NCBI RefSeq assembly: GCF_006345805.1
Contig: NC_043007.1
Span: 7,130,001 to 7,194,000 of the forward strand
Direction of reading: 5' to 3'
Origin: Octopus sinensis
Lineage: Eukaryota
DNA length: 64,000 nucleotides
Both the position numbers and the translations under genes were made by a program. The notes beneath the pieces are model-generated. The model was not told the DNA's origin. It was given only the letters and a program-made list of their open reading frames with translations, and did not search any database. Each line of letters begins with the position of its first letter. The stretch's first letter is position 1. This document shows positions 40,122 to 53,228 of the stretch, in pieces.

Positions 40122-40573
40122 TTGTTGAAATGGAAAGATGAATTTTCTTGTTACAGATTATTCAAAAGTTTAACCGATACCTGGGTAGCAAAAATCACAG
40201 CAGAAAAAAACACGGTTGGAGATAAGACCATTTGGTGTTGCAACCGTGCGTTGGTGCGGATAATTGAAGTTTAATATAATTAGTGAATGGAAGAAATGGA
40301 GTTGAACGAAGATTGTACTGAATTCCTTTAATTACATTCTACATATGTTTAACCATGGGCTCTTAAGGAGTGTCCTCGTTCGAATTGCTTTGCTGCGCCT
40401 GTTTTGTTTTGTTCTGTCAACGTAATTCCTGCTTTTTCCTGAACAGAAAGCTGCAATATGGTATCCTTATTTAATCAGAATTTGGAAAATTGTGGCCTTT
40501 GAAACATGTGTAGAATGTAATAAAAGGAATTCTGTACAATCTTCGTTCAACTCCATTTCTTCCATTCACTAAT

Positions 40574-40580
<7 letters not shown>
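40122..40580. mobile_element. Third asymmetric fold-back cassette in (TA)n (arms ~40272-40352 and 40499-40580)
   Basis: ~80-bp inverted arms with a few mismatches, ~146-bp spacer, left arm extends ~150 bp to the TA tract; decayed hammerhead at 40335-40372. Confidence 0.8.
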
Positions 40581-40623
<43 letters not shown>

Positions 40624-40679
40624 CTAATGTAGGATAAAATCTTTTTCGGGAAAATATATATATATATTTATATATATAT

Positions 40680-42110
40680 AAGGATGAAAAGGAACACACG
40701 GGTTAACATATATGAAAAAGCAAGTCAAGATAGAAAATGCTAAAATAATTTTATAAAGAACATTTCAGTACCGGTTTCAGTCATTGAGACTTTTTCAACT
40801 GTAACAATTAAACAATTAAATTTAGAAAAATTAAAAGAAAAGTTTTTTTTTAAATAGTTGTAGAGTGTTCAAATATAAGTGGCATTTTCCTTGTTTCTGC
40901 CTGTCTCTGTCTCTCTTGTTTACTCTTGTGTGTTCGAAGTCGTTGTGAATTCTTGGTAGGGAAGAAGAAGGAGGCGGAGGAGGATGAGGAGGGGGGAGGA
41001 AGAAGACGAAGAATTTGGGAGTGCCATGATTGTAGTGTTTTGAATGGTCAGTGGAGGCTAGCAGTTGCTGTTCAATTCATGAAAGTATTTCTATTGAATA
41101 TTTTGTTTATAGAATTTGCGTAGGTGTTATACTAAAAAGCATTAGTGATAAAGTTAGGAAGGAGAAGGGAGGAGAGGGGGGAGAAGAAGAAGAAGAAGAA
41201 GAAGAAGAAGAAGAAGAAGAAGAAGAAGAAGAAGAAGAAGAAGAAGAAGAAGGAGATGATGAAGGAGAAGGGAGAATATGAATGAGTGAAAATAGTGAGG
41301 TGTTGAATGATTATAGCTGTGATTGGGGCTGATTTTTAATGGATTCTTAGGAATGTAATATTTGCGTGTATATGTGTGTTATTCAAGGCCGCGGTAGACG
41401 CGTTCAGAAGGGGCCTGTATTTTGTAATAAAGATAGTTTCTTTACTAATTCGTTGGCTCCAGGTTGTATCGTCCCTGAATTGGTAGAGGGGAAAAATCCT
41501 GAAGCTTGGAGTTTTGTTGTTGGCGCAAATATCTATGTGTTGGCTGAATGCTATTTTTCTGTGCAGGGCCATTCTTTTACGTATACTATTTTTTGTTTGG
41601 CCTATGTATTGATCTTGACACCCAGAGCAGGTTAGTGTGTATATCAGGTTCTCCGAAGCACATGTGAAGTTGCTTTTCACTGTGAAACGTTGTCTCTGTT
41701 TGAAGGAGAACTCTGATCCCTCAATTAGATAATCGCATATCCCACAATTGGGTCTTACACTTTTTTTTACTGTCGGCTTCTGTGTTGTTGAGCGTATTCG
41801 GGCTTGTGTTAGGATACTTTTCATAGATTTGGGCTGTCTCTTGCTTTTTATGATCGTGTGTGTTTGGAGGATTAAGTTCATTATGTGGTCCTTTTTTAGC
41901 AAGGGTATGTTTTGGAGGATGGTGTCGAAGGCTTCATTGTTGAGAGGGTTGTGTTTGGAGATGTATGGTAAGGCTTTTGGTTGTAATTTTTTCTTTAATT
42001 TGGGATGTCTGAGTTCCTGGATGTTGCGTTGAAGGGCATGTTGAATTCATATGTCAATTAGTGAAGGTGGGTAGTTCCTGGTGATGAGTGTATCTTTTAG
42101 TTTATGTATT
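40680..42110 (-). mobile_element. 5'-truncated Penelope-like retroelement with GIY-YIG endonuclease and (TTC)n-containing 3' region
   Basis: Open frame ~42045-41336: ALPYISKHNP, RPNCGIC, FTCASENLIYTLTCSGCQDQYIGQTKNSIRKRMALH, KETIFITKYRPLLN. Confidence 0.9.
40763..40804 (-). ncRNA. Decayed hammerhead motif downstream of the Penelope ORF, same strand
   Basis: TTACAG TTGAAAA AGTC-TCAAT-GACT GAAAC CG GT A CTGAAA; two core changes relative to CTGAAGA. Confidence 0.5.
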
Positions 42111-42177
42111 CAATATATATATCTACGCACATGCAAAATTTTTATATACTATCTGAATTTTATGCATATATATATAG

Positions 42178-42258
42178 TTCAAAAGACGAGGACAGGTGAG
42201 TGACCAAAAAGCAGGTGTATTAGTTTGACGCTCGGACAGAATGGGAAAGTATTTGCCG
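42178..42258 (-). mobile_element. Partial P3-family repeat
   Basis: AAAAGACGAGGACAGG...GTATTAGT..GACGCTCGG. Confidence 0.55.
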
Positions 42259-42269
42259 TTATATATATA

Positions 42270-42481
42270 ACTTCAGCAAAATTTAGATTTAGATGAATGT
42301 GGTGCTTAAGTTAAAGGCACCAAAATGTTGTATGGTATTATCCATATAAATCAAATGGGGTGATTATAATCAAAATAAGTATATCCAACAAGTAGTGTAG
42401 TACAATTGTTTCATGCTACTTCATTTTATTAAACACTGTAAGTATTACATCAGTTTTAAAATGTCGAGCAATCTTCAGCCA

Positions 42482-42485
<4 letters not shown>
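42270..42485. mobile_element. Sibling of the 25.3-kb cassette, with a decayed hammerhead at 42439-42485 (minus)
   Basis: Reverse complement of 25390-25560; minus strand TAAGTGG CTGAAGA ... AAAAC TGAT GT A ATACTTA. Confidence 0.65.
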
Positions 42486-42525
<40 letters not shown>

Positions 42526-42574
42526 ATATATAACATATATATATATACATATATATATATACATATATATATAC

Positions 42575-42634
<60 letters not shown>

Positions 42635-42650
42635 TATATATATAATATAT

Positions 42651-42682
<32 letters not shown>

Positions 42683-43264
42683 CTTATATTCTATTACATA
42701 TTAGAAAATTCATATTAGAGAGCTATTCCATCAGTTACAAAGAACAAAATCCACATGTAAAGAAAGTCTACGGAATATTCCACACATGTTCAATAATCAA
42801 ACTGTAGTTTATCCAATAATCAGTAAATTCTGTTTCAATACACCTCACCAGCCATAGATTCTTTTATTGGTAATTATGTAAGCCGACCGCTACCTGTCAT
42901 TCTTGTATTCTCGTAATTTGAAAGGTTTTCACGATTGCTTTTTCTATCCATAATATCTCATGAGCCTTCTCACATTTACTCGTTCGTTAAGCAGAACAGG
43001 TAAGCCTTACCTTTAAAGCAAATCATTACAGCGTAAATGAGATATTCTTAGTTTATTCAGAAAATCCTTCTCATTTTTAAAATTTTTCTCTGAACTGAAT
43101 TGCAAAATATCCAATATATTCAGCTTTCAGTACTCTCTCTCTCTCTCTCTCTGTCTATATATATATATATTTCTCTCTATCTATCTCTTCCTCTCCCACT
43201 CTTCTCTTTCTTTCTCTAATTATATCTCTCTTACATAAGTAAGCATGGATATATATATACATAC

Positions 43265-43298
43265 ACTAGCCTAAGTACCCGGCGTTGCTCGGAAGTTT
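43265..43298 (+). mobile_element. Helentron/HINE-like terminal motif
   Basis: ACTAGC...TACCCGGCGTTGCTCGG resembles non-autonomous Helitron/Helentron starts; other end not identified. Confidence 0.4.
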
Positions 43299-44970
43299 AA
43301 AGAATGTTAAAGTACATAAATATATATATTCTGATAAAGAAAGATATTTTCAGAAAAATTCTGTCAGATGACGTGAGTATAAACAAAGTAATTAAAACAA
43401 ATTCTGAAATCAATCACAGTTTAATTTTGTAGAACTTCTAACTAGAGAGTGTTTTCAGTGTGTCCTTTAATTGGTGTACAATGAAAAAGTGATTTCCATA
43501 AGCACGGTATCTATAAAATTCACTGCGTGTATGTTTACGTGTGTGTGTACGTGTGTGTGTGTGTTTCCTCTGTGCACAGCCAAACAGCTGGATCAAACTC
43601 CACCACGTTTGGCATGAAGGTTTTTCATTACTCGCGGAAGCACAATCTCTGAACGTTGTTGGACTTGTCCTTGCTTCTCCTTGCTTTTCACCTGGGCAAT
43701 TGCATATGTAAGAATGCTGACATATATACAATTTGTGCCGTTGTGTGTGTGTGTATGCGTGTCGCGTATGCATGTGTATGCCTTTCATCATGCCTATTTG
43801 AAAATGCATTCAGTGGATATTACGTATATGCAATTGTCTCTCTTACCTCATTAATATGCAGGTCGATATATAATGTATGATAAAGTTAATCAAGATACAT
43901 AATTTAGGGAATTAATGGTACAAACTATAAACAAGTATCAGAAACACCCAACAATTGCAATAAAATAATTGATATATCTAATATAATTAATTTCATTAAT
44001 ATGACAACGCCAATTAAGTCTGTTATTTGCATGCCCTGTTCACTTAGGCAGTATAACGTAAATTCATTAAAGTTTTAATAACAAAATATGATTGGAAAAA
44101 ATATTGCGCATTGGTGGTACTGTAATTATTCTGACACTGGTAATTGTATGATTTACATATTGTCTTCCAGGACAGGACAGGCAGAAACGCGTACATTAAA
44201 CTATGATGTAAATTTAATTAAATTATTTTTATCGCATCAATTTGATTATATTCATTATATGTAATGGCATTAACTATGTAATTGTAATTTTTATCTGTTC
44301 TAGATCTTATTTATTTATAGCCTGCATCTGTTTCTCCAATTAATTCTTAATTATACATCTCGTTAAACATTATATCAATCTTCAGACTAACGTGGTAAGA
44401 GAAACACTTGCTAATCCTTGGGTCCGATGTTGTTGCTTGAAAAGTTTCAAATAGATTATATAAAGCGACCGATGTTAAATCTAAGGACACTTTAGTATTC
44501 AATTAATATAAAGATCGAATGTAAGTTCGGAAAATAGCAGAGGGAGTAAGGAAAATCTTTTAATATAAGACTGGAAACCACTGTAAGTATTCCTTTCTGA
44601 TCCAAGACGTGAGAATTAAAAGAAAAAATATTTGTTATTAAGGATATTTAAGTTCATCTTCATAATCCTTTAAAATCCGAAAAAAGACGTTTAACGATAA
44701 GCTTCCGTATTTATTAATAACAAATTACTTGGGTGTTACGATACATTGAAAGAGTCTCGAGTGATTTTGTTGCGTATTGGCGAGGTGCAGCACGAAATCG
44801 ATTATCGAACATATGTGAGTTTTCCAGATTTTCTTTACTTTTGTGTGTGTGCGCGCGGATAGTGTGTGTGTGTGTGTGTGTACATGTGTGCTGTGAGTAC
44901 AGATGTGTGTATATAACATGTATATATACATATGTGTATGTGTGTGTATGTATGTGTGTATGTATGTGTA

Positions 44971-45017
<47 letters not shown>

Positions 45018-45019
45018 TA

Positions 45020-45200
45020 GGAAGAATTCACCAAAAAAACAAAAGACGAAGGCAGGCGGTGTAGAAAACAAACAGATGTATTAGTATAACGTTCAGGAAT
45101 AGAAAAAGTATTTTACGTTTCGAGCCTACGCTCTTCCACAGAAAGAAACAAGGAGACAAACAAGGAGAGAAAAAGATGTGTGTAGTGGCTACCGATCTAT

Positions 45201-45203
<3 letters not shown>
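45020..45203 (-). mobile_element. P3-family repeat, copy 2
   Basis: Colinear with 30501 and 49088; TA-flanked. Confidence 0.7.
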
Positions 45204-45248
<45 letters not shown>

Positions 45249-45349
45249 TTTAGACTTTCTCTATATACTTGCTGCCAGTCATAAGTTTGATATAAGTGTC
45301 AGTGGAAGTACCTCAGGAATTCTGCACTGCCCGTTGAGTTAATAAAAAA

Positions 45350-45580
45350 AATGTGTGAAACAGACAATGGAATTCATGAGAATCTTCATTCATCACAACG
45401 ATCGTTTCGACCCATGTTGCATCGGTCACTTGCGGGTGGGATACTGTACAACTGGTTGCTTTGCATCTCCCGATGCAGATGCATCTCGTCAGGTGTTTTC
45501 TTTTAAAGAAAGTACCACGCTCGTATACTTACTTTGATTCTACGTTATATTGTTCCTGCCAGTTAGCTGTTGGCATTATA

Positions 45581-45611
<31 letters not shown>

Positions 45612-46400
45612 ATACATACACATAATGTTATACTCCATATACTTAAAGAAAATAGTAGAGACCTTGTTAATAATGTTCTATAGTATGTCTTACATATTCT
45701 TTGGTTCATATATTCAGTCACAGCTGATGTTGCTGCTCATCTTTCCAGAACCTTCGAAACAGAAATACGTCAGTATTCTGTCAATAGCCAAACCCGCTGT
45801 GTTTATGTCTACACAAAAAGAGAATTAGCTCGCTTTATAGTGTATTCGTGAAATAATAGGTTTTTAATAATGATGATGGTTTTAAATACAATTCTTTACG
45901 ATTATGTAGACACAAGCGAGGAAACGGTAATAATAAGCCATTAATAGCTAGATTGGTGAAAGGACAATCTAGTTAAAGATTGGAAGACAAGACACAGCTA
46001 ATAAGAGATAATACGACAGGCGAAGAGGAATCAACAGAGAAATATGTCGAATCAATGTCTTCTTTTGAAATAGTTTGACATCGCACTGCTTGTTCGCAGT
46101 TAATGTTCTCCACCGGAAAGTATTATCCGGATATAAATAAAAGTTTTCCTTGAAATTTAACTGTGTTGTGTACAAGGAGGAAATTAAGATGTGTACTGCG
46201 ACTTAACGGTTCTATTCATTTGACACCCAGGTATTGATTTCTTAAGCTTTAACATATGGGATAGGTTTCAAAAACTGTGATGTGTGCATTATGGCGTATT
46301 GGTACGACGGAGCAACCGTAGCAGAAGACTAGAGGTGTTGGCTGTGACAATACTACATATACGAGAGAAAGATTCTACCTCAGACAAAAAACCCAACCAA
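45350..46400 (+). mobile_element. Ancient CR1/L2-like RT relic
   Basis: NLHSSQRSFRP (QHGFRP-like) followed by RTFETEIRQYSVNSQT (FL..R.Q.V.VN-like); homologous to 47470 and 48770. Confidence 0.4.
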
Positions 46401-47469
46401 GCGAATTATATTGACATATGAACTACTGATCGCATTTTTGAGATGTTTTCTAAGAGAAATCATCAGAGGTAGACTTCGGTGAGACGTAGACTATTAAGAT
46501 TTATGCAAATGAATGGGTTCATTAGCACACTGATAAAAGATGATTAGTAGAAACAATAGAAAGCGACCATCAGTTAATTTGAATTGCCAGAAGTCATTAT
46601 GAGTTATTAAGGGGCTCTAAAGAAAAGAAATGAAGTCGTCGTCTCTCTTTATAGAATATATAAATATTATACGTTGACGAAGTTGCTCTAAAGAGATATC
46701 TATTATGTGATACTTGGTGAGTAAATCTGAGGATGGTTTCAAACAATCTTTTGAAGTCAACAAGCAGTTAAATGAATTCTGCTGAAACCTTAAGAAATAC
46801 TGAAGAACTTTTTCCTTCTCATCATTTCAACGGAACTGTGGTGAAAGGATTATAGGAACCACGATGGGAGAAGAACTTTCTGGACGGCTTGAAGCTGCCA
46901 TCTCCAAGCGTGCGTGACAGAAAGAGATGGAGGGGGAGATAGAGAGAGAGAAAAAGAGAGAGAGATGGTAAAGCAAACACTGGAGTTGACTTGTACTTAA
47001 TTTATGGACAGCAAAGAAGGGAAAAGTGAAGTTGGCCTAGGCGAGATTTGAACAAGTAGCGCAGACACCCAGAATAAATAAGTCTACGTATTGTATGAAA
47101 TATCCAATGACCACCAGTTCTCCACATCCATCCACTTCTCTGAAAGAACAGAACATTCATGGAAAGGTATAAAACTTCCCCATGCTGCCATGTGTTATCG
47201 ACTGAACTAACGAATACAGTGTTTAGTGTATGCGGAATCGTTGTTTGTCTCTGATAAATTAACTTATGTAAGATTCTAAGCGTCCAGCACAAAGATATAA
47301 TTGAAAACACTATATGTAGAAGTGTGTTTATAGATGTACATGCATCCTCTTACATATGAATAGACACAATCAACATCACAGCACACATTCACAACCAGCA
47401 CACACACACACATACGCACGCGTGCACACAGATACACGCGCACGCGCGTCATATATATAAACATATATA

Positions 47470-47730
47470 TAATTGGTGAAGGAAAAGGAAATGGATTTGG
47501 TACGAGTCTTCATTCAACGCGACGATCACGGCGACACATCCTGCAGCTGTGCCATCTTACTGGTAGCATATTGTGCATCTAGTTGTGTTGCATCAACCAG
47601 TACAGTTTGTGACTCGTCGGGTGTTTGGTATAAAAGATATTTTACGACATATACTGATTGTACAATTGTCCTTGTGAATTCACTTAGAAGCTACCAAAAA
47701 TTATACCAACGCGCACACAGAAAAACCGGG
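47470..47730 (+). mobile_element. Ancient CR1/L2-like RT relic
   Basis: AAATGGATTTGGTA..A.TCTT.ATTCAACGC.ACGATCA shared with 48770-48870 (minus); TSCSCAILLVAY resembles RSC.TQLL. Confidence 0.4.
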
Positions 47731-48399
47731 TAAATCCCCAGCACTTTATGATGTCTGTAATATGTTACATGTCGTACGTTGCATGTCATTGCACCCGCGA
47801 ATGTTATAAGTACAATGTTCACCCAGATGTATGTACATCTTTATAATTCCATTTTATCCAATACGTATTGTGGTTATTGTCTGTTTATATACAGTATTTG
47901 TGTTACTGATGTATGTTAATATTGTGTTACTGATGTATGCGTGGAAGAATAAATATTAAGATACACTCCATGAGGTGCGATACACATCTGGGAGAGAGAT
48001 GTTTACGCGTAGATATATAAACGCACAGAAATAAATGCATACGAATGCGTGGTCTAGATACTTATATACGGGATTCCATATGTGAATGGGATACACACAC
48101 ACACACCTATGGATAAAGATATGTATGTCTACGTGTGTATGTATGACTATGTATGGAAATACGTATAAGTTTGGCGTATTTCAACATTCCGTTAAATATA
48201 TGTATGTGTGTGCGTCTATAATTGATGAAGATCTAGGGACCTTCCGTGTCTGTCTTCCATCCGTTTCCTCACTCAGTATACGTATATCATTTTTAGTTGT
48301 CGTGGGTGTATTTTCAAAACATTGTTTTCATTTATTATATATACAAATACTTGTGAGTTTGGCGTGTGCCAACCTACCGCCAGTGCATCTATGTATATA

Positions 48400-48870
48400 T
48401 ACAAATATCTGTGTCTATCTGAGCGTGTCCGCCGAACCAGCCCTTAATGCGTCGGCCCAGTCATCTGCAACCGACCGTAGAATGTTCCACGCAGTGGGGA
48501 GCCTGATACCACTTGTCTACGAACATCTTGGTTGTTTATAGCTACGTTAAATGACTGTCCCTTGTCTATATATGTGTTCATGTCAACAAACGTATACCCA
48601 TCCCTCTTCCTTTCAAGTCCTATCATTTGAAAGGTTTTACTTTCTATCCTTTATTATTTTAATTTATGTTATATGTTGCCAGACCTATCTAGTAATTCTA
48701 GTAACCCTAAAATTATTCTACTCTCAGTCAGTGTGGCGTGACACAGACTGCATTAATTGCAGCAACCCAACATCCTGCCCTTAAGGGACAGCTGCAGGAT
48801 GGGTTGAAATGATCGTTGCGTTGAATAAAGATTTCTACCAAATCCATTTTCCGTTGCCTTCATCAACTAC
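48400..48870 (-). mobile_element. Ancient CR1/L2-like RT relic
   Basis: NGFGRNLYST..FQPIL..KGQDV, then GQSFNVAINNQ..RQVVSGSPLRG (R.Q.V.IN...V.SGVPQG-like), then an FADD-like remnant. Confidence 0.5.
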
Positions 48871-49000
48871 AGACCAAAAGAACACTGCAGAATTGCTGGC
48901 GTAGATCCAGTGAAAATGACATCGTAACCGTGGATGACATCAGGAAGCGCAAACGATGAATGTGCTTTAATCGGGATACTAATAGGCATATACTCCAAGT

Positions 49001-49038
<38 letters not shown>

Positions 49039-49087
49039 TATATATATATTATATATATATATATTATATATATATATATACATATAA

Positions 49088-49340
49088 CGGGAAGCTTTAT
49101 GAAAATAAATAAAAGACGAAGGCAGGTGGAGTACAAACAATTGTATTAGTATGGCGCTCAGGAATAGAAATAAAACAAGTCTTTTACGTTTCGAGCCTAC
49201 GCTCTTCAACAGAAAGATACACAGAAGAGAAACACGGAGAGAAACAAAGAGAGAAAAAAATGTGTGCAGAAGCTAGCGATTCAACATGGCGATATGATTC
49301 TGGCCAGAAGTCAGAGATCAAACGTGAGACGCAAGAGCGA
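49088..49340 (-). mobile_element. P3-family repeat, copy 3, with best-preserved hammerhead-like fold (49180-49217)
   Basis: TCTTT CTGTTGA A GAG-CGTAGG-CTC GAAAC GT A AAAGA. Confidence 0.7.
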
Positions 49341-49554
49341 ATATATATATATATATGTATGTATGCATGTATTTTATATAATATGATGAACATCTGTATT
49401 TACATATACATGTATGTGTATCTAGTGATGGTCTGTTCTTGGGAAGGTCCTGTGCATTTGAACCTTATCCATCACTCAATTTTAGCCCTGGGAACGCCTG
49501 CACCCACTCAAGTAAATTACCTAAACTTCGGCCCCCATGATTAGACTTGGGATA

Positions 49555-49700
49555 GATACTGGAATGGTTTGCTGTTGCTTTTTCTCGGTAGGTGGGATTT
49601 GAACTCAGAATGTAGATAGCCGGAAGACACATCGTAAGGAAATTTTGCCGCCGCGCCAACGCTTCTTTCCCTCTCCCAGTCGCAGAGCAGCGTGAAATGC
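49555..49700 (-). mobile_element. Decayed SINE family 3 fragment
   Basis: GGGATTTGAACTCAGAATGTA...CCGCCGCGCCAACG. Confidence 0.55.
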
Positions 49701-50269
49701 AGAACACAACGCAGAACATATTTCATCATTCGATTTCATTGGGTCGCCATCATACTGAAAAAGCACAATACCAATATGGAGATGGTTATAAAAAAATTCT
49801 GTGGAAATACTGACACTTTAATTCTTCTAGCCCAAAACGAACTCAGATTTGAATGCTAGCAAAACTCTTGTCAACTGTACGTTGCCAATATGTCTAGTAT
49901 TACTGAGCCATATTTCTTAAATAAAATTACTTACAGCTCGGATTATAAGGCTACTAAAATTTAAGCATTGAAAATGATACAAAATACAATAAACCACACT
50001 AAAAAATAGATGTCAACAAAAAGAAGTGTTCGTCAAGAAATACATGAAAAATTATCGAAAATTTAATTTTTAGAAACCCCCACCCACTTCCTTTTAAGTT
50101 GGTGTTCTCAGTATTATGTACAGTAATGTAAATCAAAATAATTACATCTCGATATCTAGATGTGTTCACATGCACAGGACCTGACCAAGATACTAGACGG
50201 GTCGCAACAATTGTCGTGATTAATAATAAAAGTTCTCGTATATTCCATCTTCCGCCTTTCATTTAACAT

Positions 50270-50329
<60 letters not shown>

Positions 50330-51212
50330 GCAGACAGACAGATCTGAAGCCCTTTCACTCTATCTCGTTTCCCTTGTAGTCTGGATTGATATCAATTTTC
50401 CACCATTTCCACGGCGGGAAGCAACAATTAGGAACTGACAGATATGAGAAACAAGTCTAATTGCTTCTTAAAAAGCCAAAAAATGTGTCTAGATGTGCAT
50501 TTCATGCAGAGAAAAGACATAATCATTTTTCCTCTTGACAAACTTCCTTTCTGTCAGTAACAACAAGATTTCTCTTCTCCACAAGAAACATTATGCATAC
50601 ACTTAAACATTGTCACATACAAACAGACATACTCTACAACACACACACATATGCGAGCACTCATTCGATGATATTAGTTATTATAAAACTAGCGAATAGT
50701 GAATACCGGCATTAAATAGAACTTACGATTGTAAGGTCAGGAGCAGCTCAATCACCCTTTCCTGAATTCTGAACAAAATTTACGTGACAAATTCTGTTCT
50801 ATAAAATATAAATTCCATGTTTCTAATCCAGAAGCAAGTATTCTCCAGCAGTTTTTTTTTATAACTATTTCTTTCGACTGCAACAAACCAACATCTTAGG
50901 GAATTCGTTATCCATTACTTAAATCATCTTTTATACATCTTGGCAATTTATTTTATGGCTTTTGCATCAATATTTGAGAAGCTTGAACATCAATATCTAA
51001 TTAGTCTAGAAATGTCATAGTATCGTATAATCAGTAGGGCTTCGAATATAACGAAATGTGTTAATTATTAGCCACCGCATGTCTTATAGAATTGTGTTAG
51101 TCTTGCTGACTCTATACGCTGCTCGGTGTTTGATATAAGGTGTTCTACTTGGAAACGTTTACATTCGGTTTAAAATAAAAATCCCCAAGTATTTTCTATT
51201 TATTTGTTTACG

Positions 51213-51250
<38 letters not shown>

Positions 51251-51361
51251 AGATATGAATTCTAATTCTAATTCATATCTTATATATTTATACTGTGAAA
51301 TTTGATTTAATCCTAAATCTAACTTTTCCCTGTAAGATTGGACCCATACTCCCTAATATTA

Positions 51362-51421
<60 letters not shown>

Positions 51422-52714
51422 ACTGCCAACGAAAATACTTGTCATTCACACAAATCGGCTGACATTTTCAATTTCATCGAAACAGCAGTAGATCACTGGT
51501 CAAAACACCTGCCGTTTTAGACGCATATATTTAAGTGTCGGGTATATAACACAAGTGTGCTCGTTATCACTTCTCACACAACGAATAAAACGGTCTAGTT
51601 AAATGCACCTGTCAATAAATTATTTCGTATCCTACAAATATGTTGCATGCATTCTCCATGAAAACTACAATAAATATTATCATTATTTAAGATGAAAGAA
51701 TGATGATACAAACAGAGGCCACGACAGATTTTGTAACTCAAAAGTGTGTCGTAAGTAAGATGAAGATCCATTTAACCAAAGGTCATCATTCACTACAATA
51801 TTGTTTGCTTCATACAGCAAAAGTTTTCACACATATTTGTGAATTCCATCATCATTACCTTTTCATTTATTTATTTGTTTTTGAAAAGTAAAATAGCGGA
51901 AATAGTTGTACATCGAACATCATTGGTTCTGATGTTTATATTCGTTCCGATATATTCTACATTAAAATCTGTACAGATTTGAATTTTCTTCCCTCTAATC
52001 TCCCCAATTTCAAACATATATATTTACAGCAAATTTGAGTGCGATTTAATTAAGCGCACCCCCAGCGCTCGAAGCCGAGACAATGTGATCAATTAAAGAT
52101 TGTAAGATTTATGTCCTCGTACATGTGCGTTGTAGATGGACTGATAGGTAAAATGCTTGACCAATGGACTGATGGTAAAGAGCCGATGGACTGACTGGTG
52201 AAATACTTTATGTCATTTTACTCAAATTCTCGTCGGAAACTTTCCCTTTCATTTAAGTTCTAAAGCGAAGGAATTTCTGAGTTGATTCTCACAGAATCTT
52301 TGTGGAACTCTGCCTCTTCCACGTTTCTTATTCTACAAGTAATACTGTTCAATTTCGTTCAAATCTCATTATACCTTCTTAGAAGAAGATGGTTTCAGTG
52401 GACAATATAGTTTTAGCTATCTGCAAAAATACTGGAAGCAATGCCTTTTATTGGAAGTTTGCAAAAATCAATGCTGACCATAAGCTAAACAGCAGCGAAA
52501 ACACTCAATATCTTTTGGTGTTATGTTATTAACTTGGTTGAATTTCATTTCATCTTTTTCACAAATCCGGTATATTTTACCTTTGTCATTTAACAACCCA
52601 ATATCATTGACAGAGAAATAGGATTATCATTGCAGGAAGAAAAGTATCAGGTTCTCATCGAAGGTTTTCAATTGCCTACAGTGTACATACATATATATAT
52701 ATATTATATATATA

Positions 52715-52745
<31 letters not shown>

Positions 52746-52977
52746 ATTTGGACTAAGTACATCAAGGGATGTAACTAAGAACAGTAATGTGTTTAGACCA
52801 GTGCTCTACTTTTAACGTGACCCCCACTGCTTTTACCAGAAATCAATAATATGCATAAAACATCAGGAATAATAGTACTGTCTTTTATCTCTGCAACATC
52901 TTCCTTCATTCTCGCTAATCTTTTCTCTTCATCTCTCTCTCTCATTCACTCTCATTCACTCTCTTTCCCTTTTCTCC

Positions 52978-53014
<37 letters not shown>

Positions 53015-53167
53015 TCCCTCTCTCACGTACCCAATTTTCTTCCCATTCTTCTTCATTCTCATATTCACACGCATGTACACGTCTTCCACCTTTTGCCAAA
53101 TTTAGTTAGCAATTTCACTGGAATGCTTATGTATTCGCAGCAAATGCACAGAAAAGAACTGCGTTGC

Positions 53168-53228
<61 letters not shown>

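Noticed and set aside
43580-43707. Plus-strand AG...GT-bounded open segment (PNSWIKLHHVWHEGFSL…)
   Set aside because: VWHEG matches the RT motif AFDKVWHEGL, so it is probably a LINE relic; no other support for an exon
45465-45495. CTGACGA-GATGC-ATCT-GCATC on the minus strand
   Set aside because: Good core and stem II, but followed by GGGAG rather than GAAA; lies inside an RT relic
47473-47733. Cys-rich 86-aa ORF and an antisense 130-nt AG-GT exon
   Set aside because: Homologous copies carry 1-nt indels and stops; pattern fits a decayed RT
48444-48626. C1q/TNF-like terminal exon (DKGQSFNVAINN…GTFYG)
   Set aside because: Fits the LINE RT region preceding SGVPQG better, and is flanked by other RT remnants in the correct order
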